Source of the DNA: Podarcis erhardii
Lineage: Eukaryota
Assembly (NCBI GenBank): GCA_964252035.1
Contig: OZ176202.1
Reading direction: 5' to 3' (one strand)
DNA: 64,000 nt
The notes below the pieces were generated by a model that saw only the letters and a list, made by a program, of their open reading frames with translations, was not told the DNA's origin and searched no databases. The translations under genes and the position numbers were made by a program. Positions 48,541 to 62,984 of the stretch are shown piece after piece. Position 1 is the first letter of the stretch. Every line of letters begins with the position of its first letter.

Positions 48541-48997
48541 GAAAGGTTCCCACAGTGCATAGTAGAAAAAGGCAGTGCTTTTTTTCTTTAAAAATGTTTA
48601 GGGGTGCTCTCATTTGGACTCAAGAAAACCACCATTTTATAATTCAAATCGGGAAAAATAAAATAAATGGATAAAAGTACGAAGATTTGCAAATGTTTAG
48701 GGGTATGTGTACCCCCAGAAGAAAAGCACTGGAAAAAAGTGTTTATAGAAGGCATCCGAATGGAAGAAGCGTGCTGTAGGATTTCTTGTAAGATTCTGAG
48801 CTGGAGGAAAGAGTGTTAAAATAGCTCTCCTGTTATGTGCAGTGTCAAAACTGTTTACTAAAACCCGCATACCTAATCCCAATCGTTTCCATGGTTGTTT
48901 CAGCTGATGATCTGACATAGGATGTGCTTTTTTGAGGTACTTGTGGCTGATACTTAGGTATAAAGACCAACCTAACAGTGTTTAAACATAAGGGCCT

Positions 48998-49200
48998 AAG
49001 AACAGTCCTGCTGGATCAGACCAAAAACCCAGTGGCCAGCAATATGCCCATGGAAAACCCATATGCAGGACACTCTCCACTTGTGCTCCCCAGCGACTGT
49101 CATTTACAGGCATATCACCTCTTCTACGCACTAAAGGACAACTTCATATACTGTATATGCCACCATAGTATCTTCTTTGTTTTAGAAAATGGTTGATTCC
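48998..49200 (-). mobile_element. CR1 LINE 3' end
   Basis: TAAGAACAGTCCTGCTGGATCAGACC...CCAGTGGCC on the plus strand; same family as 24745-24975. Confidence 0.52.
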
Positions 49201-50240
49201 AAACTGTAACACTTAACCGTCTGTTAAGATAGATAGGTTTGATTGTGTAAGTGGAAAAAACAACTTGAACACCGGGTATTTTATAGAATTGTTTTGCAAT
49301 CCTATGCATGCTTTCCTGAAAGCAACTCCTGTAAGTCAGTCTTCTTAAATCACCATTTGGTGGCATTGGACCTGACATTCAAGCTTACTTAAGATATCTA
49401 GTAATGTTCAGCTGAGGTTTTAAAATCCTTTGTATTAAGACTACTGTTGAGTGTCCTGTCACTTCTTACCAATCCCATACCAAAGAAGAACATGGTTCTG
49501 GTCTTGCACCAATAGTATTAATTTCATTGGATTTGTGCAAAATAATGTCCTGGTGAATTATGTGCTTGCATGACTTAATATATAAAACAACAGAATTCTA
49601 CACAGTATGTTTACATAAAATATGTAAGGTTTGCTGTATTAAGTGGTGCTTACTTAACAGGTAAATATACTGCAATTGACAACAATTAAGTGCATATTTA
49701 TACAACTTAATGAAGTCAATGGAGTTAAACTCCCACAACTTTCTGTGGCTACTGTTTCTTTACTAAGGTTACAAGAGTAGTAGTTTACAAGCATTTTATT
49801 GTTGATTTCCCCACCCTTCTGCTTCAGTGTCTAACTTTGCATTTTCCCCATCACACATTTCTAGCAGTTGATTCCTGCCCACTTTGGCATTTGGACTCTG
49901 TTTTTTTGAACTGCAGCCAGGCCAAGTGGTCAATGCAGTGCTAGACAGATAAATAGCCTGGCATGCTATAGACAGCTATCATCCTAATAATTCAAATACT
50001 TCACTCTAATCTAATTATCCTAAAGTATAGTCTAAAGATAGATAAGACCACTGTTTGCTACATTAAACCAGATTGAAGCTAGTCTATTCCTGATATTTCC
50101 AGGGAACCACAATTATGCCACATTGGGTTCTATGGTGGATTAATGACTATAAATTAAAGAAATAAAATAAAGAAAATAAATACTATATTCTACTATAAGG
50201 TATTTCCTTGTTTTCAAAGGGTAATATTTTTCTTTTTCAG

Positions 50241-50298
50241 GTTGTGGAACTCTGGTAGTATTAGAACAAAATGAAGCTGGAGTTCATCTCTTTAGAAG
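50241..50298 (+). CDS. PEX7: PEX7 coding exon 2 (58 nt)
   Basis: (G)CGTLVVLEQNEAGVHLFR(S); TTTTTCAG acceptor and GT donor; frame consistent. Confidence 0.94.
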
Positions 50299-51824
50299 GT
50301 ACTATTGTTCTATAATTTATTAATAAAAATATCATATAACCTTGATGTGTAGGAATTGTCTCTAACAATCAAAATCGGAGCAGTCAAATAAAGGAAGTTG
50401 CGATCAACTTTTGGACTTCAATGTTATTTTAGAAACTTCATTTTGCTTCTGAATCCAAGCCAAAACTTGGATTTAATGGAACAAAAATGGGATCCTTGGC
50501 TGCCTGGGATATATTTCCAAAATTAATTTCTGATTATTCTTGAGGGATAATCTTTAACTACTTTAGCTAGGCTGTAGCGAGGATCATTCATGTGCTCTGA
50601 TCCTTCAAGGGCAAAGTAGGTTTATTCACAGGTCCAAATATATAGAAGTGCACAAACTTTGGAGTGTCTTGGTGAGCCACAAGGTAGTGCCCTGTTCCCC
50701 TCACCACCTCTACACTTTAAACTTAAGGGAGAAGGGAGACTTTCTGCTTCAGGGATGCTGAGAGGGTCTCCAGCGTAGTCCAGCTGAAGGGATATGATAC
50801 CCTTTCTCCTCACTAGATTCAACTACTGGGGCTTGTCACACTCACCAGAATGCCATGAGAAACACAATGGCAAGCATGACAATTAGAATTATGGATTCTT
50901 GCAGGTTTGTTTCTGCAAAATGATTTGCATTCAGAAGAGAATGTGTGGATGGGGATACCTGTATACACCCATTTAGGTGCCAATGAGTGCTTCTATCTGC
51001 AGTCTTGGTGCCTAAGTTGTGTCCAGTACCTTGTGTGTGACTACATCTCTTGACTGAGACCGTGGAATTTTAGCTACAATGCTACTTGAATGCTGTTTAG
51101 AACATAAACCCTTTAAGCTGAGAAGGGATTTAAAAACCAATAATGGGTAAGTGGCTGAGGCCTACCATTTGGCAGACTGAGGCCTACCAGACCCCAACCC
51201 TTACATAAAGTTTTAGGGCCTTGAAAACAAGGCCAGGGGAAGCAACTGAGGAGGTGGGCAACAACACTCTTGAGATTCCTGACCAAGACGTCAGCTTATA
51301 GGTTTTACAGCCAGCGCAGGTGGTGGAGGGCACACACAAGTTGTGCTGCCCCTTATGGAGATGCAGGAAAGCAAAGCTTAAAGCAGTGGTGAGGAACCTG
51401 TTGACTCTCCAATGTTGTTGCACATCAACTCCCATCATTCTAGTTCAAAACATAGGAGAGGCACCAAGCTAGGGAAGGCTAACTTTGTGAATCAGACAAG
51501 TTATTTATTAGTTTTTAAAAATCCTACCCTCCTCCTAAGGAGTTCAAAGTAGCATTAGTGGTTCCCATCTTATCCCTACACAATCTCTACGAGGTAAGTT
51601 AGGCTAAGACAGAATGTGTTTGGCTATAGAGTGCTCAGTGAAGCTTCATGGCTCATCCAAGATTTTATTCCTGGTTGTTCCCCAGTCCAAAACTATCACT
51701 CTTTCTATGGAACTATACTGACTCCTGAGAAGTAAAAAAAATCAGACTGCTATCTTAGCATATGAATTTATTTAAGTTATGTACCATTTCTCATGAACTA
51801 ATGTGTTGGTTGCTATTTCTTTAG

Positions 51825-51975
51825 TTTTGACTGGAACGATGGCCTGTTTGATGTGACATGGAGTGAGAACAATGAGCATGTGCTTATCACATCCAGTGGA
51901 GATGGATCATTACAAATCTGGGACACCGAAAAGCCCACAGGTCCACTTCAAGTCTATAAAGAGCACAGTCAAGAG
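51825..51975 (+). CDS. PEX7: PEX7 coding exon 3 (151 nt)
   Basis: [52 protein letters not shown]40 repeat; AG/GT flanks. Confidence 0.97.
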
Positions 51976-53704
51976 GTATAATACATGATGTTGTTGCATT
52001 TCTTTTCATTCATAAATAGGGACCTTAACACTTAGGCCTACCAAATACCTACTAAGTTGGTACAATGATAAGTGCAGTATTGACTTTACTCTTTGATTTC
52101 ATTTTTCATCCTTTTTCGGGGTAATAGCTTGGAATTGGCTCTTTGAGCTGAATTCTCCTAATCTTTCCATTGGTTTCTTGCCATTGGTCTTGCTCCACTT
52201 TCTTGTGTTGTTTTTGAAAAAAGGAAGATCATCTTAAAATTTAAAGAGTACTTTTATAAAGGTTAACTTATTTTTGAACACAGGAAAATCATATTAAAAA
52301 ATTTAAGAGAAGCACTGCAGATGAGTTATAATTCCTTACTAAAAATTACACCCTCTAGGAATTGTAGTAATCTATCCTGAAGTTATATTTTATTTATCTT
52401 TTTCAGAGTTCCCACACATATTGAGTTAAGCTGTTCATGTAAATGTGACTGTCTATTTAAGCAGAGCAGTGCATAGCATATAGCTTTTCTGATCCACTCG
52501 GGGAAAAACCACAGTCATTTCATCATCCATAGCATTAATAGCAAACATAAAAGTTTTCACATTCTATAAACTGAACTCAAAAGATTTTTTTCTGGGCTAC
52601 AGAAATCATTAGCTTGTATTCTCCTATATCATATGAACTTCTGCCTTCTGAAATGAGTTATTACTTATTGGCTCTCATAAAGATGCCTAACCTATTTTTT
52701 TTTGCAGACATTGCAGCTATACGGGTTTCACAGAAGCGTGCTGACTCATAATGTTCTGCTAGCCTTCTAATATCTGAAAAATCCTTCAAGAATTATAGCT
52801 AATTTTGCTGTGGTTCATATCTGCTGAGGATTGTATTGATCATATAATTTATTTGCCCAGTGAAAAAGAATAAACTTCCTCCTAAGTATCAGAGGTTAGA
52901 AAGAAATTCACTGTTTTGGGAAGACCTGTTTTTAAGCTATTCCTATGACAAAGGGCTTGCCTCCTCCACTTATAAGTATCAAAATCTGGTGATTTCTGGA
53001 GACAATTTGAGAAGAATATGAAGACTACAAGTCTGAGCCAAATCTAGTCTCTGGGCCTACCCTTGAAAGTGTATTGTTTATTGAAAAAGGAAAGGTGATT
53101 GCTCAAGAAACTACTTGGACATTTTTTTTACTGTCTGATGCAAATTCCCCACCCTGTGAAGTGAAAGCAACCCATAATGTTTGACTCCAGGGTCATCACA
53201 TCAGTACAGAGGAGACACACAATCATTCCATTTGTGCTGGTGTTTGAGCCAGCACCACTGATGTGTCAAGGAAAGGGGCATGTTGCAGTGAGATGGGCTT
53301 GCTGGCATCACCTTGGGCTTCACCTTCTAGCACAAGCAGAGTGTTTCCCCAGTAAGTTTCTGTCAGTAAGGGAACTGGGGTCACCATTTGAGGCAAGTGA
53401 GACAGAGGCCTTGGGAAAGATTGGATGCCCCTTGGGTTGTGGTGTTAGTTGTTAAAATGGTGGCACAGGCTCTCAGTTCTTAGCATTAAGAAGTAGTTAC
53501 AAGTAGTTTGTAACTACTTCTCAATGCTAAAATTATATTTGTAGAATACAGCACAAGAAAAGACTTGATGTCCAGTGTCTCATCATTGGGGAGCGGCACT
53601 TGAATGAGCAGTACAGAGATGGGATCGAAGGCCAATAGGACAGATCACTAGGGATCATGCATAAGCCAGGCTTCTGTCTGTCTGTCTCCCCACTCCAAAA
53701 TGAA

Positions 53705-54150
53705 TGTCTTTTTTTAAAAAAATAATATTTATTAAGAGTGTGAAGATTACAAAAAGAAGAAAAAAAAGAATTAAACATGACAATATAATAAAATACAAAA
53801 CCAAAAACACTACATGAAACATTGAATTAACAAAACAAAACAAGAACAATTAAAAACACTTCCAATATCTTCAATCTTAAGTTTCATTCACTTGTTTCAT
53901 TGACTTCCTCACGCCTCCCTTTTTGTATTCCACTTCAATTAACTGTTTCAGCAATTCCTTTCCATCTTCATCTGTTTTCTGTCCTGTAATTAATCTTAAC
54001 ATATTCTAACCTTATTTTTTCCCTTTAATACATTAACAATCTATCTGTACCTAGTTCCTTATAACATTTCTGCCAAAGCCATATAACTTCATTCTACCAT
54101 TTTTCTATAGCTCATTAATTTTACAATATTTCTGTAAATAATCTTTAAAT
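53705..54150 (-). mobile_element. L1-like LINE 3' end (end of ORF2 plus AT-rich 3'UTR)
   Basis: Minus strand FKDYLQKYCKINEL* then an AT-rich UTR with AATAAA; strong strand asymmetry in base composition. Confidence 0.55.
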
Positions 54151-55712
54151 GCTGTGTCAGGGCCACACAGCATACAAGCAGAAGTGCCGGATTGGTGCTT
54201 TGGGTGACAATTCAACATCATATAAAACTCATACATTATCTTCAGAGCAAGGATTAAGTCTTGCACATCAGATACTCAGAGCAAGAGGAAATCTGCCTCC
54301 CTCCCTCTCCTTACCTTTGGGTGTCACATATCAGAGTTTGTGGCAGCTTGTGTATAAATATGTAAGACATAGTCTTTGCCCTAAAAATGATAATATTTTA
54401 CTAAAATATTACATTTTTTAAAACATAGTTTGGGGATAGTATAGACTGTATATTGCTTAGGAAGCAAGAGAACTGAAGGCATCAGCCATGGATTAGAGAC
54501 ATTTGTAGCAAAATGTGTACTGTGAGATAAAGAAAGGACTCTTGCAGGTCATCTAAACATGTAGCAAGATTCCAGACTGGAATATGGATACAGATATCTG
54601 GCTGCCATTGCTTTTGAAGAATATCTTAATGCTTAATCCATTTCTTATGAATACTCTCATTAATGTTAATAATATTTCAGAAATAAGCCTGAGAGCTTTT
54701 CGTTATTGTTGAGAATAAATCCTAATCCTCCCAACAACAAGAGAATAAATAATATAAATATTATATAGATCTTTATTATCAGAGAGACTGTTGCTTTTCA
54801 TTCTACCATTGACAGACTTGGCACTTAAAAATTCTCTGAGTGATACAACTACTTGTTTCAGAGAATAATGCTGTAAACATCACATTTGATTATAATTTTC
54901 TTTTACCTTGCCCTTGTGTTTGATCTTGTATAACCACACACACACACACATTACCATCAAAGCCAAACTTAAAAGTAGTCACTTGCCTGGTTGAAGGGTA
55001 ATAATTGTCTCTAAGCAATATTTTTATTTATTAGGGTAGTAAAAAGTTTCACGCTAATAGCATCTCTTAGTTTGCTTACAAGGCTTATCAAAAGAAAATC
55101 AGCTGGTACAGATAAAAGTAAAATGTTTCTCATTTAAAGTCTTTTTGCATGTTGGTGGGTTCCATTTGTGCAAAGCAGGTGTCACAGGCCCAGCAGGTCT
55201 ATTTTTGCATACTGTATCAGGATTAGCATTCGACAATTATGGGAATGGTGTTCCACAAACAGTGATGACTTTGTGAATTAATGCCCCAAGAGGCTTATCA
55301 CGGAAACCTCAATATAGTGGTTGTGCTGCCAAATTATTTGTGTTTTGCAGCCTAGTTAACTCACAAAATAGCTATTGTTAGTCATGAGAGGAAAATAGTC
55401 TTGCAATCCTTCATGAGTTGCCTCAGATTATACTTTGTGAAGTACAGTTGTTGAGATATACTTTCAGATTTTTTTTAGCAGAGTGGACAAATGAGGCTGG
55501 CAGTTCTGACATGTTCGAATCAGAACTGTCTGGATGTGGTATTCCTCCATTGTGAATCTCTGTATAGGGGGATCCACTGGTACTTTGAATTGTGAAAGAG
55601 ATACAGTGCTCAAAAACCTAGGGGCTTTCTTGGTTTGGACATTGCCTTCTGTACACAATAGAGGGAGTGGAGGAAAGATGAGGGGGAAATGTGTCAGCCT
55701 GAGGATAGCCTG

Positions 55713-55858
55713 ATAGAATCATAGAACTGTAGAGCTGGAAGGGATCACAAGGCTCATCTAGTGTAACCCCCTACAATGTAGGAATCTTTTGCCCAACATA
55801 GGGCTAAAATCCACAACCCTGAGATTAAGAGTCTCATGCTCTACCAACTGAGCTACCA
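55713..55858 (-). mobile_element. tRNA(Lys)-derived SINE with a CR1-like tail
   Basis: Minus strand GTAGCTCAGTTGGTAGAGCATGAGACTCTTAATCTCAGGG head (A box) joined to CCCTTCCAGCTCTACAGTTCTATGATTCTAT tail. Confidence 0.8.
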
Positions 55859-56451
55859 GAACAGGGGTGAATAATATCTGGGCAGAGGTTTAGGAGATAG
55901 TCATAGTGAGCAACAGAAATGGCTCTAATCATTTGGACCATAGGGACCGTCTTGGAGAGCACATTGTAAATTGCTTTGAGGTTACTTTTTAACAATCAAG
56001 TGGTATGTGAATTTTATGAAATAAATAATAAGTAACAGAAAGGTTTCAGCTTTCTGTTTTAGGAAGGGGAGCCTCGGTTCTAAAGTAAAGACTGCAGTAG
56101 TACATTTCCACAAATAATACAATGCATCTACCTACTCATTTATTTCTCATTTCATATATCATATCATGTGGCTAAATAAGCTTGCATCTTTATGAACGTG
56201 TTACTGAGACTTCAGGTATCATTAAGCCTTATATAGCAAATAGTTTAATTCCTGGTGTTAACAAGAGAAAGCTTTCATTGTGGGGCTTTGTTTTGCTAGA
56301 TATGTAAACATTTCAGAAGGTTTATGCTTTAATTGATTTCATAACAAATATTCTCACTGGTGGCAGGACAGAAAAAAACCACTCTAACTATAGTTTGTCT
56401 AACTTGGATGCTTTGTGAACTTGTAAACTGAAATTAATCCAATATTTGCAG

Positions 56452-56529
56452 GTTTACAGTGTTGATTGGAGCCAGGCCAGAGGAGAACAACTAGTAGTAT
56501 CTGGGTCGTGGGATCAAACAGCAAAATTG
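56452..56529 (+). CDS. PEX7: PEX7 coding exon 4 (78 nt)
   Basis: [26 protein letters not shown]; TTGCAG acceptor and GTAGG donor. Confidence 0.97.
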
Positions 56530-58110
56530 GTAGGTTTGTACTTCTGGCTATTTAAATTTTGTATTAATTCAACATGCAGGAAGAGAATCCTCTCTTAACC
56601 TGTTCCATTCTGTTGACTCTTTGTTTGAACAGATGCTACCTTGCTCTCTTTGCTGAAATTATACTGGCTTAATAAAAATGAAGATGGTTTAGGTCAAGAA
56701 TGGGGAATCTCGGAATTCTAACTCTCATAATCCTTGACTATTAACCATTAACCATGCTGGTGGGAGTTGCAGTCCAATAGCAACTGGAGGGCCATCCCTG
56801 CTTTATTTCTTGCAAATGCCATAGGCAGTGAATGAATTCAGCATCTGTAGTCATCACAGGATGTGGTTCTCCACATAGCAGAAGACCAACTGTTCAAACC
56901 TGTGTGAGAGATTTAAGAAAAAATTGCCACCGACTCACTGGGTTGATGATGAAAATAATTTTGAACATAATATTATGTGAAGCAGAATTCCTGGGAAATG
57001 AGCAAAACTACAGGTGCTGAAGTATTGCTTTTGGACCTACATGTCCTGCAGTAAGAAGTGAATAAGATGAAAACAGAAAAATAGTACTGCCACTGACATA
57101 GAAAGGATATTAGGCCTGGTCTGAGCATTCAGTTGAATGAGATAGTAGAATTCTGAACATTGTTCCCCTTCAGCTGTAGGTGAAGGCACCATTTTTTAAT
57201 CCATCTGAAATTGCCTACCTCCAAAAAGTCTATCACTGTTCTATTTCTTCTTGAATAGGTTCTGCTAGCATGTTGTCATATGCACCAATTAAAAAAGTTT
57301 CACGAATAACAAAACCAGAAGTTTAAAGTTTGCTGTCATAAGTGCTGGAGAGAGACTTTTTGCAACACAAACAAGATAAGGTGGTAACGAGATTCCTCTA
57401 TGCACAATGTAGGAGTATTCAAGCACTCAGGTTGTACAGAATTATTCATGCGGCAGGATGGAAAATAGCTAATTTTCAGATATATAAAGCAAAGCTGCTT
57501 CATAGGTGCACATTTCTAACAGATCTTAGATTCACACTCCTACACAGAGAAGTTGTTCTAGTGGAAGATGACACCTTTTTATTTTGTATTATTTTCAGGG
57601 ACAAACATGACAACAACTAGTTATTTTTTCTTTCATTTTTTTGCAATGCCAAAAGGAAGCATTTTTCTGTCTTTGAATTGGCTCTGTTTTTAAAACTATC
57701 TGGGGCTATTTAAAAATAACGAAGTTCATCCTGTGCATGTTTATGCAAACATAAATCATAGTGATTCCAATGACAGTTGCTACCAGGTAAGTGTACCTAT
57801 AGTTATACCTTAAGTTTTTAAAAAGTCAAGAGGTGACATGACTGAATTTAAAATGAAAACATAATAAACATAATAAAAAACAAAGTTACTTTGTGTAGTA
57901 ATTTTTCTCTGCTCAGTACTCAGTACTACTCAAAAGTAGAAAATGCTGCCCTGTTTATGAACATCTTATAATAGGACAATAATGTATGCTGTAGTGCACA
58001 TATTTAGCAAAACAAACCTATGTTTTTAATGTGAGCAAATAAAATTCAGTATATTGCCTTAAGTTATTACACTGCACAAACAGCTGTTTATTTGTTTACA
58101 TTATATCTAG

Positions 58111-58219
58111 TGGGATCCTGCAGTGGGACAGTCTTTATGTACTTTTAAAGGCCACGAAGGTGTCATTTACAGCACAATATGGTCTCCGCACATCCCAGGC
58201 TGCTTTGCATCTGCCTCAG
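58111..58219 (+). CDS. PEX7: PEX7 coding exon 5 (109 nt); gene continues beyond the window end
   Basis: [36 protein letters not shown](G); CTAG acceptor and GTAAAT donor. Confidence 0.97.
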
Positions 58220-59269
58220 GTAAATATTTAACTGTGCAGTCATACTCAAAAGGGGAACATTATTTTTGATTGCTTTCAAATCCTGTCCAGCAGGTGGTGG
58301 TATAAATTTACAGAAGTGGCAGAAGAAATGATAAATGTATAGCTATAATTGAAGTGGAGGTTCAGTAGTTATCTTTTAAATCCACTGACTTGGTCTCTCT
58401 ACATGGATCAGCAATTGTCTCACTTGAGTGAGCTAGTGGCAATTTTTCACACTGGCATTTCCACCCCACCCCCCTCTTCTCTTGAAAAAGTTTTTTTCCC
58501 CTTGCCTGTTTGTTTGTCTGTATGGCAGTGTAGTGCATTGCTATACAATCAGCTTCACATCTTTTACCTGATATTTCTGTGTCCATGAGATCAAGGCGTT
58601 CCCTGAAAAATGCACCTCAGCAAGGCTTTAGGTAGTGTGTTGATTAAATTTTGAAGCCTGTGGTTCATAAGAATCGAAAACCAACCATTGTGTAACTTCA
58701 GCTCATGCTTATTTCTTGTGTATCTGGCTGACTTTTTATCAAAATGATTAGTATCTCTTGGGGCAAGCTGAAATCCTCACAATGATTTGAAAAGGGATTT
58801 GGGAGTATAATGAAAAGGTTCACTGCAGTAAATATGTTTTTTAAAAAAAGGATTTCTAGAATATTCTTTAGGCTAACACCATCATACTGTTGCACCAATT
58901 TACTTCCTATGGTTTTCTAGGATTATTGTAGTGGCGGCATTAAGACTTAATGTTTGGATCATGCTTTTGAGTGTTCAGAGTGCTTTGTTCACATTACCTT
59001 ACTGCTGTTTTTGCAACAAATCTTATATATATACTGCAAAAGGCGGGTAGGTTGAAGGCAAACATGAGCAATAGTGGCATCCTATAGCCAATGTTAGTTT
59101 GCAAAGTAAGATATCAAACCACAGTTTTATTCTTGGGTTTTTTTTCTCCCCAACTGCATTTTGTTAGTTCTCTGAGTACATAGCATGGAATTGTTGCTTT
59201 CAGTAATGATGTCTTGAGGTTACTAATGCATGAATTACTGTGGCCTGACTGCCCGGGTCTAAGAATGGC

Positions 59270-60065
59270 TGCAGTTGGCATACCAACCATATCTGGTAAA
59301 ATTATTTCATAGCCACTAAGCTACATGAGCTTCCAGTGAGAAAGAAGGATTCAGGAGCACTCCCAAGCTCCAAACCTGTTCTTTCAGAGGGAATGCTATC
59401 TTGCCCAGAACAGGCAACCAATCAATCTCTCGGACACCCACAGTGCCTCCTGTTTCCCAGAGTCGAAGCTCAGTTTACCATCCATTCCATCACTGCAGCC
59501 AGATAACAGTCCAGATAACGCACAGTCTCTTTTGACTCAGATGTTACAGGGAAGTAGAGCTGTGCGTCATCAGCATACTGACAACATTTTGCCCCAAAGC
59601 TCTGAATGACCATACCCAGTGGCTTCATATAGATATCAAACAACATTGGGGACAAGATTGTTCCTTGCAGTACACCTGAGTACGAGGACCAGGGAGCCAA
59701 AACACAGTTTCCAATGCTACTCTCTGGGCATAACCTTTTAGGTAGGAGTGGAGCCATTGTGAAAGAAGTGATTCCATACCCATCCCATGGAATCAGTCCA
59801 AGAGGATCCCATGGCAAATGTATCAAAAGCTGCTGAGAGATGGTAGAAGCAGTAACAGAGGTGTACTCCTTGCATCCTGCTCTTGATACAGGTCATCCAT
59901 CAGGGCGACCAAGGCTGATTCAGTCCCTAAACTGTGCCTGAACCCAAAGTGAAATGGATCCAAGTAATTCATATTCTCCAGGAACTCCTGCAACTCCTTT
60001 GCCACCACCTTACCCAAGAAAGCAGTATTTGCCAACAGGTGGTAGTTGTAAGCCATAGGACTCAC
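59270..60065 (-). mobile_element. L2 (CR1-L2 group) LINE reverse-transcriptase fragment, degraded
   Basis: Minus-strand peptides FLGKV...YLDPF.FGFR..LGTESALVALMDDL and VLQGTILSPMLFDIYMKPLG...CQYADDAQLY (YADD motif), split by frameshifts. Confidence 0.85.
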
Positions 60066-62917
60066 ATATTACACATTTTTACCTTTACAGCAATAAACAT
60101 TAACTAAAAATTAGGATTGTGTTTAAGGAAAGATGTACCCCGTGTGTGGGTGTTATTTTTAAAGCTCAGCATGTTGTGGAGCTTCTTTGCCTACTGAAGC
60201 AGCATAATTAATCTGTTTGATTAGTAGCAGCATGACCATTTCTCTTCTGTGTACCAAATGGATAGGTCAGCCAGATTTTTCTTTCAAGTGTAATGCCATT
60301 TAACACTTCAGAGTGATGCATCTTCCTTTCCACTCCTGAACCTGAATTATTTGAAACCAAATCTAATTTGTTTCAATTGAAATCAGTAAGAAAAGCTGGC
60401 TCTAGCCCTCAGCCACATGCAGCTCCTTCACTTGTTGCATGCCTAAAGGATGCTTGAACTGCAAGATTTTGTACATTTATTGCAATTCACTGGCTTCTAT
60501 TCTTCAGTTAGTTTCCCCACCTACCCACCATTGGTAAGGGCAGGCAAGAGTCTTCTGAGCCAAGCTCCTTCAGATGTAAAACAGCAGATAAAAAAATGCC
60601 CTTTCACTAAACAGTTGTGCTGGGCTGAAAATTTTAGACCCAAAATTGGACACATACTGCAGTGAAATGGGCATGCTGAACTATACCTTCCATTTCTTTT
60701 GACAGGCCCTTTAAGGACTATTTAATGAGCCATTTTCTCAATCTTTTTGATTAATGAAACACATTATAGAAAGAACAAGATCCAGCACATGGAGGTAGAA
60801 CACGGGCATCTCACTGGCTGTACTTCTAAAGATGTTGTCCTTTTCTGACCTTAGTGTTCCAGACTTGCTTTTTCTGCTGCAGCTGCTGCAGCTTTTGCAG
60901 GGAAAATATTTTATGCTTTGGCAAACTACAGACTCCTAGTTTTTGTTATTCTTTATGGTACAGAGGTCGAGCCAGGCCAACAAAGCAGCTGTGACCATTA
61001 TAGACCTTGTTTTGAAGAAGATGCCATACACAGGTCTTAAGAGAAAAAGACATTTATTGCTGTGCAATAGCAAGAAAAGTTCCAAATAATGAATGATCAT
61101 TTTACCTGCTTATGTTTCCCATCAGTTTTGACTGATTTCTGGGTTAATGGACCAGACCAGAAAGCAATGCAGTTGACTACATTGGGTACTGGAAAAGCAC
61201 AAAATGTATTCTTCGTTCTCTGGGCTTTCCTTTTAAGAACTGTTCTAGGTCAGTACGTTGGGACATCTGGCTAGTTCTGTATTTAGTTATTAGTGTTGAC
61301 AGTGGCTGGGATCCAAAGAGCCACTTACTCAGTATTGCCCTTACACTGTGACCTTTCCAGTGATACCTTGTTTGATCTGATTGGTTAAGATGAGTGCTGA
61401 TAAATCATTTTACTAGGAGAAAATGTTAGTCTGTTTTTGTTTGGTTTTGCTGCTTTGGATTTCCACATCAGATGGATCTCAAGATACAGTGGTTAAGAGT
61501 AATTTATCTGGATAGCTTTAAGAGACGTATGATGGGAAGCCACAAATGATGATTTGCCGCTTATGGATGTGATGTAGAAGCTATTTCGTTCTCTGGATTA
61601 TTCTGTACTATGCAATACAGAAACACATGGCTGCTGTCAAACACTTGGCTTTATTATGTTATTATTATTTAAATATTTATACCACCCTTCATCTGAAGAT
61701 CACAGGGTGGTGATCTTATATTAAGGCAAAATATGAATTAACCTTTTGCACATATACATAGCCCCTTCATTCCTTCGTGACATGAACAATCAAGCGAGGA
61801 AGTCTCAAATTAACCATAGTTTCCCATTTTATCTGGACCAGAAAACCATGGTTACCAGCTTTTGATAAAACAGGAAACTATGGCTACTTTGAGACGGCCT
61901 GATTAATTAGGGTTATTTAGAGACTGCATTCATGAACAGGCAAAAGGCTTATTCATATAATGGCTTATTAAGTTGAGAGAGGATTGTCTGAACTGGATTT
62001 ATATCTTTGGTTGTTTATTCTGCATAACCTTACATGCAATCAGTGCTGATTGTCCATCTTTCCCCCAACATCCCTTTTTACCATGTTGGTTGATGTAGCA
62101 CTTTGAGATGACATTTTCAAGGAATGACAAAAAGCAGCCTTCCTCATCCTAGTGACCTCCAGTTGTTTTGGATTACGGCCCCAGTCAGCACAGGCATATT
62201 GGCTGGGGCGGATTGTGAGCTGTTACCTCCTGGTGCCTTAGACATCAGTTTGGGGAAGACTGACCTACAGGGATGACCAAGATCTTTCATGAGCTGTGAA
62301 CATATAAACAACTTTCTTAGCTTGTTATACCAAAAATATCTACGTATATTGGCTTTCTGGATTTTGTATATTTTGCTGATTAGGTTGTATCAAATGGGTT
62401 GGCTGGTGCTGCTTCTTAAGATAGGTGGGTTAGCTTGATTGATTATATGTACGTTTTGCCTCTTACATTGTTTCCAGCTCAATAACATTTAAACTGTCTG
62501 CCATACCTATGAGATTTTTGTATGGGTTACCGGTCAAGTCACTGCAAGAGATTAACTGCAGAAATCTGTTTCATTTTAAGTTGGCTTGAAAATGTCACTT
62601 GCGAGGCATTTGTGTTCAGCATCAAAATGGGTAGGGGTCCTTTTTGAATGACACCCACTTACTTCTACACAAGCTGATAACAAAATGGCGCATGTGGTGG
62701 GTGCCAACAAACAGGAGCGCCCTGCCATTCACAAGTTTTCCCAGCAGTAACTGCACACAGCTGGTCATGTGAATGAACCCTGAGCCACTAGCCTGAAAAT
62801 GAAACATCCTTTGAAGTTATTCAAGGCTGCTCTAAGTGAGGAGCTTTGCTTGCTACCATGATAACAAGGATACTAGTTCATGGAAGAATTCAAAATGGCA
62901 TTCTTTTCTTAGCTGTG

Positions 62918-62984
62918 ATTCCTGCACTGCAGGGGGTGGACCTAGATGACCCTCTGGGTCCCTTCCAACTCTACAATTCTGTGA
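62918..62984 (+). mobile_element. CR1-type or SINE 3' tail fragment
   Basis: ATTCCTGCACTGCAGGGGGTGGACCTAGATGACCCTCTGGGTCCCTTCCAACTCTACAATTCT; a similar minus-strand copy lies at about 31322-31396. Confidence 0.6.

Noticed and set aside
55780-55858. tRNA-Lys-like sequence (also at 18826-18918)
   Set aside because: The B box and acceptor stem are degenerate and the head is fused to a CR1-like tail, so these are SINE heads, not tRNA genes.
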